A DNA stretch of 40,391 nucleotides from a virus (taxonomy: Duplodnaviria; Caudoviricetes). The position numbers and the translations under genes were made by a program. The notes under the pieces are model-generated. The model did no database searches. It saw only the letters and a program-made list of their open reading frames with translations, and was not told the origin of the DNA. The stretch lies in the IMG/VR virus record IMGVR_UViG_3300025875_000061, positions 1 to 40,391 of that record. One strand, written 5' to 3'. This document shows, one piece after another, positions 33,704 to 40,391 of this stretch (its first letter is position 1; each line of letters starts with the position of its first letter).

Positions 33704-33773
33704 GGGTGTCTGGGGGCGGTGCGGGGTGGGGTGACCGGAAGCGCCCCCTCTGTGCCAGCGAGACGGTGAGCCG

Positions 33774-34289
33774 TCAGGGTTCCCAGGTGACGTCCGTGTC
33801 GATGACCCGGGCGGGGTTGCCCGCGACAACGGCCCTCGGCGGCACGTTCGTGGTGACGATCGCCCCAGCGGCGACCACGGCGCCGTCGCCGATGGTGACG
33901 CCCTTGAGCACTACAGCCCTCGCGCCGATCCACACGTTGTCTCCGATGACGACCGGCTCCGTCTTCGGTCGATCTCCGAGTTGGTGGTAGTCGGTGTCGG
34001 TGATGCACACGTCCCAGGAGATGGCGCACCCGTCGCCGATGGTGACGGACTCGGCGGCCGCGATCTCGGTGCGCCGGTTGAGGAACGACGCCCGGCCGAT
34101 GCGGACGGTGGCACCGGGGCCCTCGAAGTAGATGGCGACACCGGGGAAGAGTCGTGCCTTGGCGCTCAGCCGGAGCTGGCCCTTCCCATGAAGTTGGGGC
34201 CAGCCCGTCACACTGACAGGCCCTGAGGCGGTCACCTGCGGGAGTAGGGCGAAGATGGTGCCCACGAAGTACCGGAACAGGCGCGACAT
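33774..34289 (-). CDS. Hexapeptide-repeat (left-handed beta-helix) O-acetyltransferase
   Basis: [41 protein letters not shown]. Confidence 0.92.
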   Translation of the reverse strand: MSRLFRYFVGTIFALLPQVTASGPVSVTGWPQLHGKGQLRLSAKARLFPGVAIYFEGPGATVRIGRASFLNRRTEIAAAESVTIGDGCAISWDVCITDTDYHQLGDRPKTEPVVIGDNVWIGARAVVLKGVTIGDGAVVAAGAIVTTNVPPRAVVAGNPARVIDTDVTWEP

Positions 34290-34316
34290 GGCGCGGCACG
34301 CTACCGGAGCGACGAG

Positions 34317-36578
34317 CTATCGACGCACGACGAAGTTGTCGAAAGTGGTCCCCACCGCTGCGCCACGAACCCGGACCCCGGACGGTGCGGCCATCATCGC
34401 GGCGCGCTGCGCCACGGTGAGGTTGGCCTGCGCGACCGTGGTGCCGTTGATGACGACCTCGACGGAGTTCTCGCGGTACTGGATGTCCAGGCGGCCGACA
34501 CCGGCGGCGCCAAGGCCGGCGGAGAAGTTGAAGCCGATCTGCGTACCCACACCGGCGACATGGGCGAACATCTGCCCGGAGTTTCGATCTACGCCCACGC
34601 GGATGAAGTTCCCCTCGTCCACCAGGACAGGGACGACGGTGATGCTGCTGTTGGGGGCCAACGCGACGTCGAGCGCGACGTCACGGCCGCCAGTGAGAGC
34701 CAAGGACAGGTTGGCGTTGGCGTCGACGGAGGTGGACACCGCCTTGTTGCCGGAGATGGACCACGCCCCCGGGTTCGCGGTCCAGGTCTGCCCCGTGTCG
34801 GTGGCGCCGAGGTCAGCGGCGTCGGCCCGGTTGAACCGGTCCATGACCTCGTTCCACGTCAGTGACGGTGTCGGGCCAACCGCCGACCAGGTCTGGTCGA
34901 CATCGCTGGTCGTGGTCTCGTAGCGGCCGGTGTTGGTGCGGAAGTACCGGCCACGCCCGTTCTCCCGGATGTACTGCTGCCACAGGAAGTGCGCGACGCC
35001 GTGCTGGCAGCCGCCCCAGGAGAGCATCGGGCGGAAGGAGTAGTCCTGCCGGACGCCGTTGGCGTTGACGACGCCAACGGTGCGGTACTCGTGCAGGTAG
35101 GTCCCGGACCCGACGATGTCCAGCAGGGTGGGCGCGGAGAAGTCGCCCTCGATCTTCAGGTTCTGCAGTGTGACCGAGCCGCCGCCAGCGGGGTTGCCGT
35201 TCTTGATGAAGGAGATCGGGACGTTGGGGCCGTAGCCGTGGGCGGCGCAGCCGGTCAGCGTCCAGGCGACCAGCGTGTCGTAGGAGCGGATGACGTGCCG
35301 CTTCGAGGTGCCCTCGAAGGACAGTCCGGTCAGGTCGACCGTGGCCACCCCTCCGGTGGGGTGCACACCGGCCCCCGCGGCGATGGGGGCGGTGATGCCG
35401 GCGACGCCGGTGAGCGTGTTCGTGGTCAGGTCTCGGCCGGTGTACGTGACCTGCTGGGTGCCGATGACCAGACGCCCGGTCGGGTAGACGCGGGCGGCGT
35501 CGGCGACGATGAGCGTGGTCGCCCCGATCGTCGCCGCGGCGGTGACGGTGGTGGTCGGCTGGTAGAAGATGCCGGTGGTGATCGACCCGTACTGGTCGGA
35601 GACCGCGGCCAGCTGGTTGCCACCACCAGCCTGGCCGCCGTGGATGTGGTACCCGCCGGCGTTGGGTTCCATCCAGATCGCTGCCTTGGTGGCACCGACC
35701 CAGTTGTCCAGCATGAAGTTGTCGGAGCCGGAACCGGCGATGGCTCCCAGGCCGTCGGGGCGGGAGCCGCGGAGCAGGATGCCGACGTTGACCCGGTCGC
35801 CGATCACGCGGCACTTCGACCAGCCGGACTTGTAGCAGTTGTTGATCGCGTCGAAGCCGATGTCGGCGTTGTCGGCGATGACGTTGTAGACGTCGAAGCC
35901 GCGCATCGCGTCCAGCAGCAGGGCGACGCTCCCGTCCTCCGGGCGAGGCGTGGAGCCGCTGAGGAGGATGTCGCGTACTGCTCCGGCTCCGGTGTCGCCC
36001 TGGTCGGCGGTGGCCGCCCGCACGGTGAGTACGTTGCCCGGGGTGGTGCGGCGGATGCTCGACCCCTTCGGGCTGTGCCCGACCAGCACGAACGAGTCGG
36101 CGACTGCGACCAGCTCGGCGGAGCTCAGATAGTTGCCGGCGGCGACGACGGGCACCTTGTTTGCGATGCCGTAGTCGATGGCCGCCTGCAGCGCCGCGGT
36201 GTCGTCTCCGCCGGTCCCGACGTCTTCCCCGAACTCCTCGACCACCGCGGCGCGAGCCCGACGCAGACCCCCGCCGCCACCGGTGCTACCGATCTCGCCG
36301 TCCTCGACCATGTCGAGCACCAGTGACCGAAAGGCCGCCCTTAGTGCCAGCGACGGCGACGACTCCGGATCCGCCAGCTCGGCGTCCAGCACATAGGGGG
36401 ACTCGTAGTTCGGCACCGCCGGGTTGATGACGTAGCCCAGCGACACGAGCTGCGACTGCTGGGCCGAGGTCACCGTCACCTGGCCGGTGCGCCCGCCGAC
36501 GAACGCCAGCGACAGCCGGCCGATCCGCTCGTTGGCGGTCAGGCCGGGAATGGGGTGGCCGACGGTCACGAGCGGCAT
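34317..36578 (-). CDS. Tail spike / receptor-binding protein with pectate-lyase-like beta helix
   Basis: DDTAALQAAID...GNY motif, Gly/Asn-rich beta-helix repeats, C-terminal beta-sandwich (DRFNRAD...FDNFVV). Confidence 0.78.
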   Translation of the reverse strand: MPLVTVGHPIPGLTANERIGRLSLAFVGGRTGQVTVTSAQQSQLVSLGYVINPAVPNYESPYVLDAELADPESSPSLALRAAFRSLVLDMVEDGEIGSTGGGGGLRRARAAVVEEFGEDVGTGGDDTAALQAAIDYGIANKVPVVAAGNYLSSAELVAVADSFVLVGHSPKGSSIRRTTPGNVLTVRAATADQGDTGAGAVRDILLSGSTPRPEDGSVALLLDAMRGFDVYNVIADNADIGFDAINNCYKSGWSKCRVIGDRVNVGILLRGSRPDGLGAIAGSGSDNFMLDNWVGATKAAIWMEPNAGGYHIHGGQAGGGNQLAAVSDQYGSITTGIFYQPTTTVTAAATIGATTLIVADAARVYPTGRLVIGTQQVTYTGRDLTTNTLTGVAGITAPIAAGAGVHPTGGVATVDLTGLSFEGTSKRHVIRSYDTLVAWTLTGCAAHGYGPNVPISFIKNGNPAGGGSVTLQNLKIEGDFSAPTLLDIVGSGTYLHEYRTVGVVNANGVRQDYSFRPMLSWGGCQHGVAHFLWQQYIRENGRGRYFRTNTGRYETTTSDVDQTWSAVGPTPSLTWNEVMDRFNRADAADLGATDTGQTWTANPGAWSISGNKAVSTSVDANANLSLALTGGRDVALDVALAPNSSITVVPVLVDEGNFIRVGVDRNSGQMFAHVAGVGTQIGFNFSAGLGAAGVGRLDIQYRENSVEVVINGTTVAQANLTVAQRAAMMAAPSGVRVRGAAVGTTFDNFVVRR

Positions 36579-36621
36579 GAGTTCTCCTCAGACAGGTGCG
36601 ATGACGGGCGAGGCGGGATGG

Positions 36622-37314
36622 TCAGGAGAGGGAGAGCGCGGCGATCTGGACGACGACGTTGGACACCACCGACAGGCCGCTGTTGCGGATCGGTACGACG
36701 CAGCCGGTCTTGGTCTTGTTCTTCACCGGGTACACGGGGCTGATCGAGCCCAGCTGCACGGTGGCGGTGGTGTCGAGCGTGACCAGCACCGTGTAGTTGG
36801 TGTCCGGCATCGGGTTGAGGAACGTGACCGGGACGTCCTGCGTGCCAGCGCCGAGGCTCTGAGAGACCGTCGCCTGCCCGGTGGTCCCGCGCAGCGTGCG
36901 GGCCTCCAGGGCGGCGATCCGGGCGACCGCGGCGGTGAGCTGCGACCTCAGATCGCCCACGCTGTCCACCGCGGTCTTGGCGTTGATCGCCGCCGCATCG
37001 ACCCGGGTGTTCAGCGCCGCCTCGGCGGCCAGCGCCCGGGCGACCTCAGCTGCGGCGTCGGCGCGCATCTGGGCGCGGTCAGCGATGGAAGCCTGCAGCT
37101 GCCCCTGGTAGTCCGCGGCGAGCTGCGCAAGGTCCGCAGCCTGCGCCAGAGCACCGGTGACCATGTCCAGGGCCACGTCGACGACCATCGACAGGTCCTC
37201 GGTGGACAGGGAGGTGGCGGCCAGGTCGTCGTAGACGGCCTCGATCAGCTTCCGCAGGTCGTCGATCTTGCGGCTGGGGTACGGCGTCCGCAGTCGCACC
37301 AGCGGCGACGTCAC
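36622..37314 (-). CDS. Putative tail fibre / minor tail protein
   Basis: Long Ala-rich coiled coil and C-terminal VTFLNPMPDTNYTV beta domain. Confidence 0.6.
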   Translation of the reverse strand: MTSPLVRLRTPYPSRKIDDLRKLIEAVYDDLAATSLSTEDLSMVVDVALDMVTGALAQAADLAQLAADYQGQLQASIADRAQMRADAAAEVARALAAEAALNTRVDAAAINAKTAVDSVGDLRSQLTAAVARIAALEARTLRGTTGQATVSQSLGAGTQDVPVTFLNPMPDTNYTVLVTLDTTATVQLGSISPVYPVKNKTKTGCVVPIRNSGLSVVSNVVVQIAALSLS

Positions 37315-37526
37315 CCTGAGTCTCCTTCCGCTTTGACCCGGTCGACCTCGGCCTGTGCGCCGTCTACCGCCGGCCAGTCGATCGGGTCGGCCCGCAGCGT
37401 GGTCAGCAGCGTCCTGAGTGCGGCCGCGAGCTCGGGCTGTCGCCGGGCCGCGATCAGCTCCCGGCTGACCGCGATGATCCGCAGGTTCAGCTCGAGGTCC
37501 CCGGCGTTCGCCGTCTCGCCGGCCAT
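37311..37526 (-). CDS. Hypothetical protein (71 aa)
   Basis: Coupled ORF between holin and fibre genes. Confidence 0.55.
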   Translation of the reverse strand: MAGETANAGDLELNLRIIAVSRELIAARRQPELAAALRTLLTTLRADPIDWPAVDGAQAEVDRVKAEGDSG

Positions 37527-37530
37527 CCGG

Positions 37531-37812
37531 TCAGTCCACGCGGTTGACGTGCCGGGCGAGGTAGCCGCCGGCGAAGGTGCACAGGCCGGTGACGACGAGG
37601 CCGATGACGCCGACGTAGGGCAAGGGCACGTCGACCGGGCCGCCGCCGTAGAACAGCTCGTCGACCAACAGCACGACGGCCGGGGTGATGATCGCCGCCG
37701 ACCCGGCGCCAGCCACCGTGGCGGCCTTCGTCTTCGGCTCGACCGCGGACGGGTCGACGACCTCGTAGGACTCGGGGGCGGCGTGGTCGGGCACGCCGGG
37801 GATCTGGGTCAC
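37531..37812 (-). CDS. Holin
   Basis: Two TM helices; VEPKTKAAT...TFAGGYLARH; in the lysis cassette. Confidence 0.75.
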   Translation of the reverse strand: MTQIPGVPDHAAPESYEVVDPSAVEPKTKAATVAGAGSAAIITPAVVLLVDELFYGGGPVDVPLPYVGVIGLVVTGLCTFAGGYLARHVNRVD

Positions 37813-37827
37813 GGGGGTCTCCTCAGG

Positions 37828-38205
37828 TCAGGTGCGGTGCATGAGGGAGTCAGGCCACGGCGGCGGCGGCGGACCGAGCCCCTGGTCGATGTGGTGGCGA
37901 AGGCTGGCCACGTAGTCCTGGAGGACCAGCTCCCGGTCCTCCATCCGGCCCACGCGGCCCTTCACCTCGGTCATCTCGGTGCGGACCTCGACCAGCTCCC
38001 GCAGATACCGACCCTCCAGCTTGTCGAGTTCGGTGCTGTGCCGCTCTTCATCGGCGGCGCGCATCTCCTGCAGCTGGTCGATGAGCTGCTGGGAGTCGAC
38101 GGTCTTGGTCTGCCGGCCCTGCTGGCGAACGGTCAGCCACGTGCCGAGCAGCAGACCGCCAGCGGTGACCAGGGTGCCGAGCAGCAGCCACGCCTCCCCG
38201 CTCAC
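37828..38205 (-). CDS. Membrane-anchored coiled-coil lysis-cassette protein
   Basis: N-terminal TM, coiled coil, C-terminal PPPPPWP. Confidence 0.7.
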   Translation of the reverse strand: MSGEAWLLLGTLVTAGGLLLGTWLTVRQQGRQTKTVDSQQLIDQLQEMRAADEERHSTELDKLEGRYLRELVEVRTEMTEVKGRVGRMEDRELVLQDYVASLRHHIDQGLGPPPPPWPDSLMHRT

Positions 38206-38636
38206 CGGCGACGGACCGTGGTGGGCGGGTTCACGCACCTGCCGGCGCAGGCGACGAAGCCGGCGAGCATCCCCCACGCAGCAGCGCTGGACCAAGATCG
38301 GGTCCACTCACCGTCGATGCCCTGGATCAGCCAGTACACGAGGTACGCGGCGGACCAGATGAGGAGCACCCCGACGGCGGGCAGCACGTCGGAGGGGCGC
38401 TGGGGAGGGGTGAGCGCCTGCCAAACGGACCAGAGTCCGGCGGCGATCCAGAGCACCCCCCACGCCCACGGCGGGACGACCTGGGACAGCTCGGCGAGAG
38501 CGTCCGGCAGCCGGCTTGGGCTGGAGGCGACGTAGCCGATGCCTTGCAGGGTCACGCCGATTCCTAGGAGCAGGAGGCCGGAGCCCCACGGCCCACCGGT
38601 GCCGATCTTGTGCTGCTTACGGGCAGTGGTCGGCAC
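38202..38636 (-). CDS. Four-TM membrane protein (holin-like lysis component)
   Basis: Four hydrophobic segments; directly after the endolysin. Confidence 0.7.
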   Translation of the reverse strand: MPTTARKQHKIGTGGPWGSGLLLLGIGVTLQGIGYVASSPSRLPDALAELSQVVPPWAWGVLWIAAGLWSVWQALTPPQRPSDVLPAVGVLLIWSAAYLVYWLIQGIDGEWTRSWSSAAAWGMLAGFVACAGRCVNPPTTVRRR

Positions 38637-38663
38637 GGCGCGTCTTCCCCCTGTCGTGGCCGG

Positions 38664-39632
38664 TCAGGCGGCGAGGCGGGCGGCGAGCTCGGCGGCGAGT
38701 GCGCGGCCGGCGTCCTCGGACAGTGCAGCGACGAGGTTGGCCGACAGAGCAGCGATGTCGTCGGCATCGAGGTCGGCCTCGACGTTGACCCCGCCCAGTG
38801 CGGCGCCGAGCACCTGCAGGGCGAGCGGGTTCTGCCACACGCGCATCGGGATCTCGGCGATGAACTGCTGCTCCGTGCGTCCCTGCATCAGCCCGGGGAT
38901 GCCCTTCTCGCCGGGGCCCATCCTCTCGATGAGCAGCCGCTCGAGGATGTCGGTCTGCCGCTGCGACTGCTGCAGCAGCTTGGCCTGGTCGGCGTCGGAC
39001 AGGGCCATGAGGAACTCCTTCTGGGGGTCGGTGCCGCGGACTGCGGCGATGCGGGCCCGCCCGGAGGCGGTGGTGTAGCCGATGCGGTCGGGCTTGCGGG
39101 GGCCGGCCCAGCCCTTGTGCTCGTCGAAGCACTCCAGCGGCGCGGGGCCGGGGTTGCCGGGGAGGGTGCCGAGCCAGTCCAGGGAGCCAGCACCGCAGCG
39201 GGCCATGAACTCGTGCATCTCGTCGGTGTAGGGCAGGTAGCCGCCCTCGAACTCCCAGCCGAGGATGTAGGGCCGGCCGTTGTCCTTGGGGACGGTGCCC
39301 CAGCCGGGCACGGCCCAGGGGCCGCCGGTGCCGGGGTGGTTGGCCCAGCCGAGGGTGACGATGCGGGCGGTGAGATCGAACCCGCCGTAGCAGTTGGCCA
39401 GCGGACCATCCAGCGGGTTCGGCGCCCCTCGGCCGCCCTTGACGATCCCCAGGCCGGGGGTGCCGGGCGGGTAGGAGGCGACGTGGTGACCCAGGACCCG
39501 CTTGAACGGCGCGACGCCCCACCCGGACCCGGACACGCCCTGCTGCAGCTCGATGGACACCCGGGCGACCCCGTTGTCCAGCAGGGCGGTCCGCAGGTTG
39601 TTCGCGGCGGCCTGCGCCTCGGCGAGGGTCAC
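38664..39632 (-). CDS. Endolysin, N-acetylmuramoyl-L-alanine amidase
   Basis: GHHVA, GPLAN, ANHPG, LGWEFE, H...RKPD zinc-amidase motifs. Confidence 0.9.
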   Translation of the reverse strand: MTLAEAQAAANNLRTALLDNGVARVSIELQQGVSGSGWGVAPFKRVLGHHVASYPPGTPGLGIVKGGRGAPNPLDGPLANCYGGFDLTARIVTLGWANHPGTGGPWAVPGWGTVPKDNGRPYILGWEFEGGYLPYTDEMHEFMARCGAGSLDWLGTLPGNPGPAPLECFDEHKGWAGPRKPDRIGYTTASGRARIAAVRGTDPQKEFLMALSDADQAKLLQQSQRQTDILERLLIERMGPGEKGIPGLMQGRTEQQFIAEIPMRVWQNPLALQVLGAALGGVNVEADLDADDIAALSANLVAALSEDAGRALAAELAARLAA

Positions 39633-39814
39633 AGCAGACCCCCGTCACGGTCGTCGTCGTTGTCGACGTCGATGACCTCGCCGAGCGCGTTGCCGAGGGC
39701 GATCTCGTCTTCGGTGAGCGGGTGGGCGTCGTGGTCGATGAACACCCCGGACTTCGGTGGTTCGTCGAGCTCGGGCAGCAGCTCGGGGTCGGGCGACGCG
39801 TCGGTCATGGGCAC
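39629..39814 (-). CDS. Small acidic protein
   Basis: 61 aa; GGAGG nearby; GTGA overlap with the endolysin. Confidence 0.55.
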   Translation of the reverse strand: MPMTDASPDPELLPELDEPPKSGVFIDHDAHPLTEDEIALGNALGEVIDVDNDDDRDGGLL

Positions 39815-39830
39815 CTCCGGGCACAGGTCA

Positions 39831-39850
39831 GGCCCCGCCGTGGCGGGGTC
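39831..39850 (-). terminator. GC hairpin before the lysis cassette
   Basis: ggccccgc-cgtg-gcggggtc inverted repeat; no U tract. Confidence 0.35.
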
Positions 39851-39867
39851 GGTGGACGAGCGAGGGG

Positions 39868-40389
39868 TCAGACGGCGCCGGTGTAGCCAGGGTGGATGGT
39901 GATGCCGTCGAAGTAGTGCGCGCGGCCGGCGACGATCGGCTGCTGGCCGTTGTTGTCCAGCCGCAGCCGGCCGTCCGGGAGAACCGTGCCCACGATGATG
40001 TTGGGCGTGGAGTCGACCATCACCGACACGACCTGGTTGCCGATCGGCCGGTAGCCCGGCGCCAGTGTGATCGGGTAGTCGGTGAACCCGTCCTGCGCGC
40101 CAGGGATGTACTGGCCGTTGTTCCGCACCCCGCCGACGATGTGCACCAGACCCGAAGCGTCCACGAACGTGGCCGGCACGCGGCCCGCGACCGGTGTCCA
40201 GCCGTCGTTGGTGTTCACGTTCGCGGCGACGATGAACGGGAGGCCACCTCCCGCCGGAAGGGGCACCCGCTCGTCACTGATCGCCGACAGGGTGGTGCCG
40301 TTGTTGGCGGGGACGGTGAAGCTGAACAGCGGCAGGTCCCACTGGGCGGTGTCGGACTGCTCCAGCGGGGGCGGGACGGGATTGGAGGC
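39868..40389 (-). CDS. Minor tail protein, C-terminal part (continuation of 330..1)
   Basis: Open to the window end: ASNPVPPPLEQSDTAQWDLPL...ISDERV..., then GLVHIVG...LAPGYRP. Confidence 0.8.
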   Translation of the reverse strand, partial: ASNPVPPPLEQSDTAQWDLPLFSFTVPANNGTTLSAISDERVPLPAGGGLPFIVAANVNTNDGWTPVAGRVPATFVDASGLVHIVGGVRNNGQYIPGAQDGFTDYPITLAPGYRPIGNQVVSVMVDSTPNIIVGTVLPDGRLRLDNNGQQPIVAGRAHYFDGITIHPGYTGAV

Positions 40390-40391
40390 GG

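Larger units (their letters stand above)
1..40391. mobile_element. Near-complete temperate actinobacteriophage genome (siphovirus), excised/circular configuration
   Basis: Full set of packaging, head, tail, lysis, immunity, integration and replication modules; no host genes; one tail gene is split across the window ends. Confidence 0.95.

Overview
The window is an essentially complete genome of a high-GC temperate actinobacterial siphovirus, opened inside a minor tail gene whose two halves lie at the two window ends. No host DNA is visible, and phage genes flank the integrase on both sides, so this is the excised (attP-intact) form. The minus strand carries an early region (Cro, HNH, DnaQ-like and YqaJ exonucleases, RusA, replication initiator, DUF550 pyrophosphohydrolase, SLOG protein, HTH regulators), then a T5orf172/GIY-YIG gene and about 415 nt of structured non-coding leader. 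Terminases, portal, capsid, head-tail and tail genes (with a -1 frameshifted chaperone), a lysis cassette, tail fibre/spike genes and an O-acetyltransferase follow. The plus strand carries repressor, ImmA/IrrE metalloprotease, DUF3263 protein, large serine integrase and a lipoprotein. Three points stand out: (1) structured non-coding regions in the late operon that share an identical 15-nt apical sequence on unrelated perfect stems; (2) a PafBC/RecA-NDp-like DNA-damage promoter in front of a coupled protease-DUF3263-integrase operon, with a back-to-back copy pointing into the repressor; (3) a tail spike followed by an O-acetyltransferase. All calls were made by eye from motifs, synteny and base-pairing; no searches or folding programs were run.
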